Below are positions 17,637 through 30,999 of a stretch of DNA of 47,965 bases, one piece after another (the first letter of the stretch is position 1; each line of letters opens with the position of its first letter). A program made the position numbers and the translations under genes. The notes under the pieces were generated by a model, which saw only the letters and a list, made by a program, of their open reading frames with translations, had not been told where the DNA came from and did not search any database. The stretch comes from Candidatus Fermentithermobacillaceae bacterium DTU015 (GTDB lineage Bacteria; Bacillota; Sulfobacillia; Fermentithermobacillales; Fermentithermobacillaceae), in the NCBI GenBank assembly GCA_001513185.1, contig LFST01000033.1, forward strand, positions 1 to 47,965. The letters run 5' to 3'.

Positions 17637-19667
17637 TTACTTAAACAGCGATGCAAACACCAAGGCCACAATGCTCATAAGTTTAATCAATATGTTAAGG
17701 GACGGCCCCGCAGTATCCTTGCACGGGTCACCTACAGTATCGCCTACAACCGCAGCAGCGTGGGTAGGTGTACCTTTGCCACCAAAAGCGCCTGCTTCGA
17801 TATACTTTTTAGCATTGTCCCAAGCACCGCCGGAGTTAGCTAGGAATATCGCCATTACAACTCCGGTGAGCAAGCTGCCTACCAGCAGGCCTGCCAGAGC
17901 TTCTTTGCCCAGGACAAACCCCGCAGTCACAGGTACGACCACCGCCATGAGGCCAGGTACCATCATCTGCCGCAGGGCGCTCACTGTGGAGATATCGACG
18001 CAACGTGCATAGTCAGGACGGGCCTTGCCTTCCATTATACCCTTGATTTCTCTAAACTGCCTTCTTACTTCCTCGACCATCTGGAATGCCGCCTTACCTA
18101 CTGCTTCCATGGCCATGGCCGAAAACAGCATGGGCAACATCCCACCGATAAGCAGCCCTGTAATCACCCTGGCGTCGAGTATGTCTATGACCTCAAGCCC
18201 GACTGCCTGCGAATAGCTTGCAAACAGCGCCAGAGCGGTAAGCGCAGCCGAACCGATGGCAAACCCTTTGCCGAGAGCAGCTGTGGTGTTCCCGAGAGCA
18301 TCGAGGTTGTCAGTGACTTCCCTGACGCTTGGATCCTGGTGGGTCATCTCGGCAATACCGCCTGCGTTGTCAGCAATTGGGCCATAGGCGTCAACTGAAA
18401 CCGTCATACCAGTGGTAGACAGCATTCCCACTGCAGCCAGGGCAATCCCGTACAGGCCCCCGAACCCGCTGGCTTCGCCGAACCTGAACGCCAACAGGCT
18501 GGCGATGGCCACCAACAGAATGGGAACGGCGGTGGACTTCATCCCTACGGCCATACCTTGGATCACGTTGGTAGCCGGCCCGCTGCCCGACGATTCGGCG
18601 ATGGACTGAACCGGCGTAAAATCAGCAGATGTGTAGTACTCCGATGCAAGCCCGATGAGAACCCCTGCTGCTACCCCTGCAAACACAGGCCAAAACAGGG
18701 TAGCTGCGCCTGTGGCAAACTTGACGATCCCGTATGTAAGGCCTAACACGATGACGCTGGAAGAAACAGAACCTACCCTCAAGGCAGATGCAGGATCTGA
18801 CATCCTTGCCCTGACGAAAAAGGCTCCCAATATCGATGCAAGCACGCCGCCTGCAGCCAGAACCAAGGGCAGTACAACACCCACCACTGCCTTATCAACG
18901 GTACTCATTGTAGCGCCCAGCGCCATGGCCGCGATTATCGAGCCTACGTAGGACTCAAACAGGTCTGCACCCATCCCCGCCACGTCGCCTACGTTGTCGC
19001 CGACGTTGTCTGCAATAACTGCAGGGTTGCGGGGATCGTCTTCAGGGATCCCGGCTTCTACTTTTCCAACAAGGTCTGCGCCAACGTCGGCGGCTTTAGT
19101 GTAGATTCCGCCGCCTACCCTGGCAAACAGGGCGATCGAGCTGGCACCAAACGCAAAGCCGTTTACAACTCCCATAGAAGCAGGATCGTTTACGTCCCCG
19201 AAAAGGAAGTACACAAGCCCCAGTCCGGCCAGGCCCAGTCCAACCACTGTCATTCCCATGACCGCGCCGCCTGAGAATGCAACGTCAAGGGCACTCACAG
19301 TACCTTTCTTGGCGGCTTGAGTAGTCCTGGAGTTGGCCATGGTAGCCGTAGTCATCCCTATGAAGCCTGCCAAAGCTGAAGCCAGTGCACCGAGGATAAA
19401 CGCAATGGCGGTTTCAGGCCTCATTCCCCCCGGAGAAATGTAGCCGGCAATGAACATGATAAGCGCGACTACCACCACAAAAACGGCCAGATAACGGTAT
19501 TCCCTGCTCAAGAACGCCATAGCGCCTTCACGTATGGCGCCGGCTATGTCACGCATCTCTTTTGAACCAGGATCTTGAGACGCTACCCGTGAACGGAGAA
19601 ATGCAGCAAAAATCAGAGCGAGAATTCCTGCTATAGGTGCTGCAAATGCCCACCCAGAGCTCATCAT
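17637..19667 (-). CDS. hppA: Membrane-bound cation-pumping pyrophosphatase (K+-dependent type, probably Na+-translocating)
   Basis: [35 protein letters not shown] motifs. Confidence 0.97.
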   Translation of the reverse strand: MMSSGWAFAAPIAGILALIFAAFLRSRVASQDPGSKEMRDIAGAIREGAMAFLSREYRYLAVFVVVVALIMFIAGYISPGGMRPETAIAFILGALASALAGFIGMTTATMANSRTTQAAKKGTVSALDVAFSGGAVMGMTVVGLGLAGLGLVYFLFGDVNDPASMGVVNGFAFGASSIALFARVGGGIYTKAADVGADLVGKVEAGIPEDDPRNPAVIADNVGDNVGDVAGMGADLFESYVGSIIAAMALGATMSTVDKAVVGVVLPLVLAAGGVLASILGAFFVRARMSDPASALRVGSVSSSVIVLGLTYGIVKFATGAATLFWPVFAGVAAGVLIGLASEYYTSADFTPVQSIAESSGSGPATNVIQGMAVGMKSTAVPILLVAIASLLAFRFGEASGFGGLYGIALAAVGMLSTTGMTVSVDAYGPIADNAGGIAEMTHQDPSVREVTDNLDALGNTTAALGKGFAIGSAALTALALFASYSQAVGLEVIDILDARVITGLLIGGMLPMLFSAMAMEAVGKAAFQMVEEVRRQFREIKGIMEGKARPDYARCVDISTVSALRQMMVPGLMAVVVPVTAGFVLGKEALAGLLVGSLLTGVVMAIFLANSGGAWDNAKKYIEAGAFGGKGTPTHAAAVVGDTVGDPCKDTAGPSLNILIKLMSIVALVFASLFK

Positions 19668-19788
19668 GATCCATATACTCCTTTCAAATACCATTTACCC
19701 GCGCCGCCAAGCGGCTGCCATTACACCTAACAAAAAATAACATAGCATTCCGCATCAGATTGTCCGTGCAACCCGCCTGCCGGTGATT

Positions 19789-20016
19789 TCAGCGCCTGAG
19801 AAATGCAAGCGCCAGCGAGGTAACCATGAAAGCCACTGCAAATCCCACAGTCAGCTTTGAGAACATGGCTTCGAGGCCCTTTTTCCTCCTACTTGACATG
19901 CCCTCAAAACCGGCCCCCATAAAGCTTAACCCTGCACTTCTGCTTGGCTGCAACAGCACAACCAGGATCAAGCCTATGGTTACGATCCAGTGCAAGATCC
20001 TCACGACGGTCTCCAC
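19789..20016 (-). CDS. secG: Preprotein translocase subunit SecG
   Basis: VLLQ..AGL, two TM helices, position after eno. Confidence 0.93.
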   Translation of the reverse strand: METVVRILHWIVTIGLILVVLLQPSRSAGLSFMGAGFEGMSSRRKKGLEAMFSKLTVGFAVAFMVTSLALAFLRR

Positions 20017-20139
20017 TCAACTCACCTCTCTCACAAGAACACCTGCCGCCAAACCCGATTGTAACATCAGACTGAGAGGCAAGTCCACAGCCCTTTTGTT
20101 AGCAATCCGGTGTTTGAGGCGGCAGGCACTCAAGGACGC

Positions 20140-21408
<1,269 letters not shown>

Positions 21409-21433
21409 TCACCCCGCTCAATTCACAAAGATT

Positions 21434-22984
21434 TCAATAGATTATCAGGCTATCCCTGTCCATCTCTTCCGGTTTTTCCAATTCCATTATGTCCAATATG
21501 GTGGGGGCGACATCAGCAAGAATCCCTTGCCTCAGCCCCTTCACTGCCCGCCCCCGGACCTTGTTGTCCCTGGTCACCAGTATGCACGGCACATTGTTGG
21601 AGGTGTGATACGTATGGCTGCGCCCTTCTTCTGAGGTCTCAGTAAGTTCCTCTACGTTGCCGTGGTCTGCGATTACAAGTGCCGCGCCGCCCTGTTCCAA
21701 GATCACGGGGATGAGCCTGCCCACGCACTGGTCCACCACTTCAACCGCTTTCTTGGCCGCCTGGAAACATCCTGTGTGGCCCACCATATCAGGGTTGGCG
21801 TAGTTGAGCACCACAAAGTCGTACTTGCCGCTCTGTATCCTCCTGATAGCTTCATCGGTGACCTCAGGCGCGCTCATCTCAGGTTTTAGGTCATAGGTGG
21901 CTACTTTGGGCGAAGGGATGAGGCACCTGTCCTCACCTGGGAAAGGGTCCTCCCGCTTGCCGCTGAAAAAGAATGTCACGTGAGCATACTTCTCGGTCTC
22001 GGCGATCCTCAGCTGGGTAAGGCCTGCGTTTGAAATCACCTCGCCCAAGGTGTTCTTGAGGATGAGAGGCGGATATGCAAAATGCCCGGCTAGGTCTTCT
22101 TCGTACCTGAGCATACCTACAAAGCAGACTTTGGGATGCTTGGTCCTAGGGAACCCTTCAAATTCGTCGTCGCAGAACGCGTGGCTGATCTGCCTTGCCC
22201 TGTCAGCCCTAAAATTGAAGAACACAAGGGAATCGCCGTCTTGCACCACAGCCCCGTCAGCTATCACCGTGGGATATACAAACTCGTCGGTCTCCCCTTT
22301 GGCATACGCAGTCTCAAGGGCATCCCGCCAATCGCTTGCAGGCCTCCCCTTGCCCAGTGTGAGCATATCGTAAGCAGCTTGGGTCCTGTCCCATCGCCTA
22401 TCCCTGTCCATGGAGTAGTAGCGCCCTGTGATGGAAACCAGTTTTCCAGTGCCCACCTCAGCCAGTTTTTTCTCCAGGGCCTCAAGATACACACCGGCTG
22501 ATTGGGGGGGTACGTCCCGGCCGTCCAGAAAGGCATGGACGAACACTTTATCCAGGCCATGCTGCTTCGCCAGGGCAAGCAGGGCATACAGGTGTTCCTG
22601 GTGGCTGTGAACCCCACCGTCGGACACAAGGCCCATAAGGTGGAGGGCACTGCCATTTTGCTTAACATTTTCGATGGCGCCCAAGAGAGCAGGGTTTTGG
22701 AAAAACGCACCCCGCTTTATATCATTGGAAATCCTCACAAGATCCTGGTACACAATCCTGCCTGCTCCTATATTGAGATGCCCTACGTTTGAGTCGCCCA
22801 TCTGCCCGGGCATGAGCCCCACGGCTTCGCCTGCGGCTTCCAGACAGGTGCTCGGGTACTGCTCTATCAGTCTCTTCATATTATCTATGTTTGCCTGGGT
22901 CACTGCGGTGGGAGCTTCGCAGGACGAAATCCCCCATCCGTCAAGTATGACCAGGACTACAGGTCTAGGCCTTGCCACTTTCAT
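21434..22984 (-). CDS. gpmI: 2,3-bisphosphoglycerate-independent phosphoglycerate mutase
   Basis: ILDGWG, QMGDS, SDGGVHSH, AETEKYAHVT, DMVGHTG; start at 22984/22978 (upstream ORF extension overlaps tpiA). Confidence 0.97.
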   Translation of the reverse strand: MKVARPRPVVLVILDGWGISSCEAPTAVTQANIDNMKRLIEQYPSTCLEAAGEAVGLMPGQMGDSNVGHLNIGAGRIVYQDLVRISNDIKRGAFFQNPALLGAIENVKQNGSALHLMGLVSDGGVHSHQEHLYALLALAKQHGLDKVFVHAFLDGRDVPPQSAGVYLEALEKKLAEVGTGKLVSITGRYYSMDRDRRWDRTQAAYDMLTLGKGRPASDWRDALETAYAKGETDEFVYPTVIADGAVVQDGDSLVFFNFRADRARQISHAFCDDEFEGFPRTKHPKVCFVGMLRYEEDLAGHFAYPPLILKNTLGEVISNAGLTQLRIAETEKYAHVTFFFSGKREDPFPGEDRCLIPSPKVATYDLKPEMSAPEVTDEAIRRIQSGKYDFVVLNYANPDMVGHTGCFQAAKKAVEVVDQCVGRLIPVILEQGGAALVIADHGNVEELTETSEEGRSHTYHTSNNVPCILVTRDNKVRGRAVKGLRQGILADVAPTILDIMELEKPEEMDRDSLIIY

Positions 22985-23068
22985 TCCCCCGTTAACACGC
23001 GCTGTACGCACCGCTGCCGTCACAAGACCGGCGCCGCACAGCCGCCAAGATCGCCCTGTATCAAATTC

Positions 23069-23093
23069 CGGGGGTGCGGCTAGAGCACCCCCG
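23069..23093 (-). other. Intercistronic hairpin tpiA/gpmI
   Basis: CGGGGGTGC-N7-GCACCCCCG perfect stem. Confidence 0.5.
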
Positions 23094-23126
23094 TACACCT
23101 CGCATATTTTGCCAGGCTCATGCCTG

Positions 23127-23909
23127 TTAGCCTTTGGTTTTGTGTGCCGTTTCAACCAGTTTGAAGAAATCCTCAGGATCCAAGCTCGCGCCGCCAACCA
23201 AAGCACCGTCGATCTGCTCTTCGAGCATAAACGACCGGATGTTGGCAGGCTTTACGCTTCCGCCGTAGAGCACCCTGAGCTCCTCAGACACTCCCTGGCC
23301 CAACATGGTGTCCACCGTCTCCCGGATGCCTCTTATCACATCTGCAGCATCCTCTGGTTTGGCTTCCTTGCCTGTGCCAATAGCCCACACAGGTTCATAG
23401 GCCACCACAACTGACGGCACTTCTTCCGGCTTGATCTGGGAGAAAGCAGCTCTTATCTGTTCCGAGACCACCTTATGGGTGTTGCCCTGCTCCCTCTGTT
23501 CCAGGGTTTCCCCTACGCATATCACAGGCTTAAGCCCATGATCCAGGGCAGCCCTGGCCTTTTTGGCTACGTGCTCGTCGGTTTCTCCAAACAGCTGCCT
23601 GCGTTCTGAATGGCCTACTATCACAAAGGAACATCCGGTATGCTTAAGCATGGGAGCAGAAACCTCACCGGTAAAAGCTCCTTTGTCCTCCCAGTACATG
23701 TTTTGCGCACCTATATACACCGGCTTTCCGGCAAACACGGCACACAACGCAGGAATGCCTAAGAAGGGCGGGCATATCAGCACATCCACAGGGATGTGGC
23801 CCCCTTCAAACCGTTCAAACAGCTTTTGCCCAAAGGTACCGGCGAAGGTAAGGGCTTCGCCGATGGTCTTATTCATCTTCCAGTTTGCTGCGATAAGCGG
23901 TTTTCTCAT
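23127..23909 (-). CDS. tpiA: Triosephosphate isomerase
   Basis: NWKM, GHSERR, AYEPVWAIGTG, YGGSV, LVGGAS. Confidence 0.99.
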   Translation of the reverse strand: MRKPLIAANWKMNKTIGEALTFAGTFGQKLFERFEGGHIPVDVLICPPFLGIPALCAVFAGKPVYIGAQNMYWEDKGAFTGEVSAPMLKHTGCSFVIVGHSERRQLFGETDEHVAKKARAALDHGLKPVICVGETLEQREQGNTHKVVSEQIRAAFSQIKPEEVPSVVVAYEPVWAIGTGKEAKPEDAADVIRGIRETVDTMLGQGVSEELRVLYGGSVKPANIRSFMLEEQIDGALVGGASLDPEDFFKLVETAHKTKG

Positions 23910-23978
23910 GTCCTACGCTCCTCAATATCCGTTCGCTAAACCCGGCTGTACCTTCCCGGCCAAAGCCCTATCCCAGGC

Positions 23979-25163
23979 TTAACCCAGGTCCACAAGGCAC
24001 TCGATCCCGGGAAGTTTTTTACCTTCCACAAACTCCAGGGATGCACCGCCCCCTGTTGACAGGTGGCTTATCTTATCTGCGTATCCCGATAGCTCAACCG
24101 CCGCCAAGGAATCGCCGCCGCCTACCACCGTAAATCCATCAACATGGGCGATGGCAGCAGCTATCTCAAGAGTGCCTCCCCTGAAGGGTTCAACCTCAAA
24201 CACGCCCATGGGCCCATTCCAGAACACCGTCTTGGCACCCGCGATTTCCTCAGAGAACAACTTGCGGGTTTCCGGGCCGATATCCAGGGCCATCATGTCC
24301 TCAGGCACGGCGTCAGCTTCCACCACTTTCACAGGGACACCAGGCTCAGGTGCGGGAGCCACCACCAGATCGGATGGAAGCAGCAGTTTCTTACCTGATT
24401 CCACTGCCTTTTCCATGATCCTCAAGGCATCCTCGGCCCTGTCAGGCTCGATCAGGGACTTGCCCATGCCGTAGCCTTGTGCCAAGAGGAAGGTATTAGC
24501 CATCCCGCCGCCGATAATCAGGGTATCAACCTGGTCGAGCAGGCTCTCAAGCACCCCGAGTTTGTCTGACACCTTGGCCCCGCCTATTATCGCGACAAAG
24601 GGCCTGTCGGGCGACGATAGCAGTTTACCCAGGGCATTTATTTCCTTTTCCATGAGGAACCCTGCATATCCGGGTATGAATTCAGCCACACCTGCAGTTG
24701 ATGCGTGAGCCCTGTGGGCCGTGCCAAAAGCATCGTTGACGAATATGTCGCCCAAAGCTGCCAGTTGCCTGGCAAACTCCCTGTCGTTTTTTTCTTCTTC
24801 CGGGTAGAACCGGACGTTTTCCAACAGGGCAACCTGGCCCGGCTGCAGCTCGGCCACTGCCTGCTCAACCTCTGGGCCGATGCAGTCATCAAGCTTTTTG
24901 ACTTCAGCGCTCAGTAGCTGTGACAGCCTTTGGGCCACAGGATCCAGCCTAAGGCTGTCAACCACCTTGCCCTTGGGCCGGCCCAGGTGAGATGCCAGCA
25001 CTATCTTTGCTCCTTGTTCCATGAGGTACTTGACAGTGGGCAAAGATGCCCTGATCCGGGTATCATCCGTAATTTCTTGCCCTTTCATGGGCACGTTGTA
25101 ATCCACCCGGCAAAAACAACGCTTGTCTCTTAGGTCAACATCTCTAATGGTGGCCTTAGCCAC
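23979..25163 (-). CDS. pgk: Phosphoglycerate kinase
   Basis: RVDYNVP, SHLGRP, GGAKVSDK, WNGPMG, STGGGASLE. Confidence 0.99.
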   Translation of the reverse strand: MAKATIRDVDLRDKRCFCRVDYNVPMKGQEITDDTRIRASLPTVKYLMEQGAKIVLASHLGRPKGKVVDSLRLDPVAQRLSQLLSAEVKKLDDCIGPEVEQAVAELQPGQVALLENVRFYPEEEKNDREFARQLAALGDIFVNDAFGTAHRAHASTAGVAEFIPGYAGFLMEKEINALGKLLSSPDRPFVAIIGGAKVSDKLGVLESLLDQVDTLIIGGGMANTFLLAQGYGMGKSLIEPDRAEDALRIMEKAVESGKKLLLPSDLVVAPAPEPGVPVKVVEADAVPEDMMALDIGPETRKLFSEEIAGAKTVFWNGPMGVFEVEPFRGGTLEIAAAIAHVDGFTVVGGGDSLAAVELSGYADKISHLSTGGGASLEFVEGKKLPGIECLVDLG

Positions 25164-25197
25164 GGAAGTTACCCCCTTAATACCGGCTGACACCTAA

Positions 25198-26301
<1,104 letters not shown>

Positions 26302-28032
26302 TTATCTGCTTACAAGCCCCTCCAGGTATGCCCGGATTTCGTCCTTGTCGGTCATCATCCTGACTTTTTCCCAGATGGCTTTGGCTTCCTCGTAGCTTAT
26401 GCTCCTCACGATTTCCTTGGCTCTGGGAACTGACGCAGGGGCCATGCTAAGTTCATCTATGCCCATACCCACAAGTAGCGGCACTGCCGGCTCCATTCCT
26501 GCCATCTCGCCGCACATGCCCACCCAAATGCCATGACGGTGGGCCTCAGATATGGTCCTGGCGATGAGACGCAACACTGCAGGATAGAAGGGATCGCTTA
26601 GATGCGCCACTTTGGGGTTGCCACGGTCAGATGCCATGGTGTATTGGACCAGATCGTTAGTCCCGATGCTGAAAAAGTCACATTCAGCCGCCAGTACATC
26701 CGCCTGGATGGCGGCAGACGGCACTTCGATCATGATCCCTACCTGCACGTTGTCTGCTACCTGGACCCCTTGGGATTCAAGTTCGGCTTTTGCGATCTCG
26801 TACTCCCGCTTGGCGGCCCTAAGTTCGTGGATATCAGCTACCATGGGGAACATGATCCGCAAGGTGCCGAATGTAGATGCCCTTAGCAGTGCCCGCAGTT
26901 GGGACCTGAAGAGTTCCTTCTCTTCCAGGCATAGCCTTATGGCTCTGAAGCCAAGGAACGGGTTTTCTTCGTCGGGGATGTTAAGGTACGGGATGAACTT
27001 GTCCCCACCTGCATCCAGGGTGCGGATTACCACAGGCTTAGGCGCCAGCTGGCTTAGCACCTGCTTGTATATTTCAAACTGCTCTTCTTCAGACGGAGGA
27101 CTGTTTCTGTCGATAAACAGGAATTCTGTACGGAACAGCCCTACCCCGTCTGCGCCTGCATCTAGCACCAGTCCGGCTTCTTGGCCGCTGCCTATGTTGC
27201 ACGCAAGTTCAATCAGATGCCCGTCGGTGGTAATTGCAGGCAAGTCCTTGAGCACGGACAGCTCCTGCTTGCGCCGCTCTTCCCGCTCAATGGCTTCATC
27301 AAACTCCTTGAGTAGGTCATCTTCGGGTTTCACCACAACCCAGCCTTTGTTGCCGTCCATTATAACCAGGTCCCCGTCGCTGATATCCTCTGTAGCGGTC
27401 CCCAGGCCCATCACTGCAGGTATCCCCATGGATCTGGCCAGGATAGCGGTGTGAGAAGTCCTGCCACCTTTGTCAAGTACGATGCCGGAGACATTGTGGA
27501 TGTCGATGGCGGCAGTCTCTGAAGGCGCCAAATCGTCGGCAACGATCACAGTATCAGGCTGCAGCCTGCCTAGCACCACCGCCCGGTCGGCAGTTCCGGT
27601 GAGTGCTGCCAGAATCCGCCTGCCCACGTCCCTCATGTCAGCCGCCCTGGCAGCCAGGTATTCATCGCCCAAGCCTTCGAGCATCTTAGCTTGTTCTTCG
27701 CTGGCTTGTTGAACTGCGTTTTCAGCAGACATCAGGCTTTGGGCGATGCGGCTGGCCACATCTTCAGTGAACCCTGGATCAGACGCCATGAGTGCCTGGG
27801 CCCTCATAATCTCGGCTTCGGCTTCGCCTACCTTGGCCGCCACTTGGTTGGCCAGCTCTTCCAACTGGCTCACGGCGGTTTCCACGGCTTTGTTGAACCG
27901 GGCGATTTCTTTGTCCACATCTGCAGCGCCGATGCTACTTGAGGACCACTCAATCTTCTGGGATTTAAGCACCACTGCCTTACCTTTGCATAGCCCTGGC
28001 GCTGCACCGATTCCTTGAAACTTAAGACTCAT
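26302..28032 (-). CDS. ptsI: PTS enzyme I
   Basis: GGRTSHTAILAR phospho-His, GLFRTEFL, FFSIGTNDL, CGEMAG. Confidence 0.98.
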   Translation of the reverse strand: MSLKFQGIGAAPGLCKGKAVVLKSQKIEWSSSSIGAADVDKEIARFNKAVETAVSQLEELANQVAAKVGEAEAEIMRAQALMASDPGFTEDVASRIAQSLMSAENAVQQASEEQAKMLEGLGDEYLAARAADMRDVGRRILAALTGTADRAVVLGRLQPDTVIVADDLAPSETAAIDIHNVSGIVLDKGGRTSHTAILARSMGIPAVMGLGTATEDISDGDLVIMDGNKGWVVVKPEDDLLKEFDEAIEREERRKQELSVLKDLPAITTDGHLIELACNIGSGQEAGLVLDAGADGVGLFRTEFLFIDRNSPPSEEEQFEIYKQVLSQLAPKPVVIRTLDAGGDKFIPYLNIPDEENPFLGFRAIRLCLEEKELFRSQLRALLRASTFGTLRIMFPMVADIHELRAAKREYEIAKAELESQGVQVADNVQVGIMIEVPSAAIQADVLAAECDFFSIGTNDLVQYTMASDRGNPKVAHLSDPFYPAVLRLIARTISEAHRHGIWVGMCGEMAGMEPAVPLLVGMGIDELSMAPASVPRAKEIVRSISYEEAKAIWEKVRMMTDKDEIRAYLEGLVSR

Positions 28033-28051
28033 TGCCTAACCTCCAATGTAT

Positions 28052-28321
28052 TCAGGATGTAGCTTCAGCACCGCGCATGATAAGGTCCACTAAAGACTCC
28101 AAAGCTTCAGCCTCGTCTTCGCCTTCAGCGCGGATAAGCAAGCTGTCTCCCTGTTTGGCACCTAAGGACAGGACCTGCAAGATGCTTTTCCCGTTGGCCG
28201 TCTTCCCGTTAGCTTCCAGGGTAATCTGGCTCTTGAACTTAGCCGCAGTTTGTACAAACAAAGCTGCAGGCCTTGCGTGTAATCCGACTTCGCTTTGAAC
28301 CACGACTGTTTGTTCCACCAT
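28052..28321 (-). CDS. ptsH: Phosphocarrier HPr
   Basis: GLHARPA (His15) and NGKSI (Ser46). Confidence 0.96.
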   Translation of the reverse strand: MVEQTVVVQSEVGLHARPAALFVQTAAKFKSQITLEANGKTANGKSILQVLSLGAKQGDSLLIRAEGEDEAEALESLVDLIMRGAEATS

Positions 28322-28487
28322 GTTCATAACTCCCTTCAACTCCGCCGGGTCCCAGGCACGTCAGCCCACGGCACCCAGGTCTACTTGCTCGTTTCCTTGC
28401 ATAGTTTTTGCAATATGTGCCCATACTGTGCAGCGGATGCTGGCACATCTTGCGTTGTCAGCTTGTGAGTTCCCCCATCCTCACCCG

Positions 28488-28513
28488 TGAACATATGTCC
28501 TGACAAATGTTCA
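28488..28513. promoter_or_regulatory. Palindromic operator TGAACAT-N12-ATGTTCA upstream of ptsH
   Basis: TGAACATATGTCCTGACAAATGTTCA abutting the -10 element; matches the site at 16076-16101. Confidence 0.75.
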
Positions 28514-28541
28514 ATTCGCCATAGGACGACAAATTTCCTTC
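28514..28541 (-). promoter_or_regulatory. SigH-type promoter of ptsH-ptsI
   Basis: GAAGGAAAT-N12-GGCGAAT. Confidence 0.65.
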
Positions 28542-28727
28542 CTGTAGAGGATAAAATCCCGCCTTTCTATATGTTGCTAAGTGTGGGCCAAAACGGCGGC
28601 AAGCCTTGCTCAAAACACAAAGCGTCATGCACGCCACAAGCACAAAGGATTCTGCCAAGACCTCGCTAGCAATAGGGATATGCGGCGTGAATGTGCGGAT
28701 GGATGTGCAGCCAGGCCAAGCAGCCTG

Positions 28728-29492
28728 CTAAAAGAACACCGTTATCCGCGTCCGCTTGGAAAACGTGGCCAGCTGACGGTAGCCCACCCTTTTTGCAAGC
28801 TGCCTCGCCAGCGAAATGTCCCTGCCCACCTCCTTGGGTGTGTGGGCATCTGAACCGAAAGTGATGGGGATTCCGTAATCGTAACATCTGCGAAGTATTT
28901 CTTCAGAGGGATACATCTCAGCCACAGGCTTGTACAACCCGCTGGTGTTTATCTCTACGCAAATACCTGCTTCCTTGATGGCCTTAAGCACCGGCTCGGC
29001 ATAATGCATAACGCCCTCAGGGGGAAACCCAGGGTTGAAAAGCTTTATAAGGTCCAAGTGCCCCACTATGTCAAATAAGCCTGTCCGGCAAGCTGATAGC
29101 ACCCGGCTGTAGTACTGTTCATACACCTGGCTTAGATCCCGCTTCTTGAATTCATCCTTTAATGCCGGGCTATTGAACAGCCAATCACCGATGTAGTGGA
29201 CAGATCCGATGACAAAATCAAGGCCAGGCATACTCAGGGCATACTCGATTTCTGCTTGTGTGTCCCTGGAGAGGTCCAGTTCAAAGCCGAGCCTCAGCTG
29301 GACTTCAGGAAAGTAGGTGTTAGCTTGCCTTAGAGCAGATACCACCCGGCGCGGGGCAAGTTGCGTGTGGTCAGCTATTCCTAGGTGCGCCAGCCCTTGC
29401 TTGGATGCTTCCCGGAAAAACGGGATAACCTCCTCCAGTGAGTTTACGTATTCCCCGTGTCCTAGTGTGTGTACGTGGTAGTCTACTAGCAT
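28728..29492 (-). CDS. PHP-family histidinol-phosphatase-like (HisJ/HisK) protein
   Basis: DYHVH, ADH, IGSVH, GHLDL, EINTSGL, GSDAH. Confidence 0.88.
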   Translation of the reverse strand: MLVDYHVHTLGHGEYVNSLEEVIPFFREASKQGLAHLGIADHTQLAPRRVVSALRQANTYFPEVQLRLGFELDLSRDTQAEIEYALSMPGLDFVIGSVHYIGDWLFNSPALKDEFKKRDLSQVYEQYYSRVLSACRTGLFDIVGHLDLIKLFNPGFPPEGVMHYAEPVLKAIKEAGICVEINTSGLYKPVAEMYPSEEILRRCYDYGIPITFGSDAHTPKEVGRDISLARQLAKRVGYRQLATFSKRTRITVFF

Positions 29493-29603
29493 GATGCCCT
29501 CCTGAGTTTCTTGAGACGATAAGACCCAAGCCAACGTGGGTACCGATTCAGATTATACTGTGGCTACCATAACGTCAAGCACGTGTGGCAAAATGCGGGG
29601 GCA

Positions 29604-30131
29604 TCACCGGTTGTACAGCACCAAGCCCAGGGCGCCCGACAATACCAGGAGCAAGACCGGGTCTATTTTGAACACCAGGATGGCCACGATTACGGCAGCA
29701 GCCACTACAGCCGGGACTACCCCTGTAACCGAGGTGGAGAATACAGACAGGGCAGCAGACAAGATGAGCGCCACCACAACGGGCCTTATGCCGCACAGCA
29801 TATCCTGGACTACCGGCACTTCCTTATATTTTAGGAACAGCCTGCCCAAGATCATCATTATGATAAACGGCGGCACTACGACCCCCAGGGTAGCCACCGC
29901 CGAGCCTAATACACCGGCCACTTTGTAACCTACGTAGGTGGCACTGTTTATGGCAATCGGGCCCGGAGTACCTTGGGAAATGGCGATCACATCCACAAAT
30001 TCAGCCATATCCAGCCATCCCCTGATGTCTACCACTTCGCGGGAAATCAAGGGGATCATGGCGTACCCTCCGCCAAAAGCAACAACACCGATCCTGAAAA
30101 ACGATGAGAAAAGATCCCACAACACTGACAT
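29604..30131 (-). CDS. chrA: Short-chain chromate transporter subunit
   Basis: AFGGGY, SQGTPGPIAINSA motifs. Confidence 0.92.
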   Translation of the reverse strand: MSVLWDLFSSFFRIGVVAFGGGYAMIPLISREVVDIRGWLDMAEFVDVIAISQGTPGPIAINSATYVGYKVAGVLGSAVATLGVVVPPFIIMMILGRLFLKYKEVPVVQDMLCGIRPVVVALILSAALSVFSTSVTGVVPAVVAAAVIVAILVFKIDPVLLLVLSGALGLVLYNR

Positions 30132-30175
30132 CGGGTTATCTCTGCTCCTTCCGTCCGGTTTACACCGCCAAGGGT

Positions 30176-30868
30176 TTATCTAGGTTCACGGTCCCTGTGT
30201 GAGTCCTTGGCGCCGCACGCGCCCCGTTTCACAACGCCCAGCGTTATCCCGCCTGCTGCAGCTATGGCAATTGCTATCACCGGGTTTACTTTGAACCCTA
30301 TGAGCAGCACTGCACCGGCCAGGGCAAACATGATGTCCTGCCTGTTTCTGACCGACTTCCTGCCTACCTGACACACGGCTGAAACCAGCAGGCTAAATAT
30401 GGCAGGGCGCATACCTCTGAATATGGCTTCAACCGCGCTTGAGTCACGGATCTTCAAAAAGAAAGCGGCAACCACCAGGATGGTGATAAACGAGGGCAAG
30501 CTTGAACCCAAGGTGGCGACTAGGGCACCGGGGAGCCCCCTCAGCCTGTAACCGCATAGCACCGACGTGTTGATGGCGATGGGGCCGGGGCCGCTTTGGG
30601 CGATTGCCAGGATGTCTACGAACTCCTGATCGTCCAGCCACCCATACTTTTCACAAAGTTGTTTTTGGATCAGGGGCACCATAGCCCATCCTCCGCCAAA
30701 AGTAAACGCGCCTATCTTGAAGAAACTCAAGAAAAGCTGGGTAAGGCTCGCAGATCGCTGATAAGGTGCCGTATCCGCAGCACAACCGGATGCGCCGGGA
30801 CTTACCTGCTTACTTTGAACAGCGGCGTCGCGTTCCAACCGGCCGGCTGCTGTACCGTTGTCATCCAT
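30176..30868 (-). CDS. chrA: Short-chain chromate transporter subunit
   Basis: TFGGGW, AQSGPGPIAIN; paired with the adjacent short CHR gene. Confidence 0.92.
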   Translation of the reverse strand: MDDNGTAAGRLERDAAVQSKQVSPGASGCAADTAPYQRSASLTQLFLSFFKIGAFTFGGGWAMVPLIQKQLCEKYGWLDDQEFVDILAIAQSGPGPIAINTSVLCGYRLRGLPGALVATLGSSLPSFITILVVAAFFLKIRDSSAVEAIFRGMRPAIFSLLVSAVCQVGRKSVRNRQDIMFALAGAVLLIGFKVNPVIAIAIAAAGGITLGVVKRGACGAKDSHRDREPR

Positions 30869-30954
30869 TCCTAATCCTCCTAAGACTCTAATCCTCACAA
30901 AACCCGAAAAATAGCAGGAGGCAATACATAGTCATTATATCCTAAAAATCAATA

Positions 30955-30973
30955 AGCCCGGTAGCCCCGGGCT
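30955..30973 (-). terminator. Rho-independent terminator after sigA
   Basis: AGCCCGG/CCGGGCT stem followed by TATTGATTTTT on the minus strand. Confidence 0.6.
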
Positions 30974-30999
30974 CAAACGTATCCGCCTGCCACTAAGGG

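Noticed and set aside
22985-23206. 74-aa N-terminal extension of GpmI in the ORF track
   Set aside because: Overlaps tpiA and a hairpin; RBS and homology point to a start at 22984/22978.
28441-28453. TGGCAC-ATC-TTGC resembling a sigma-54 promoter
   Set aside because: Spacing is 3 rather than 5 nt and it is on the wrong strand for ptsH.
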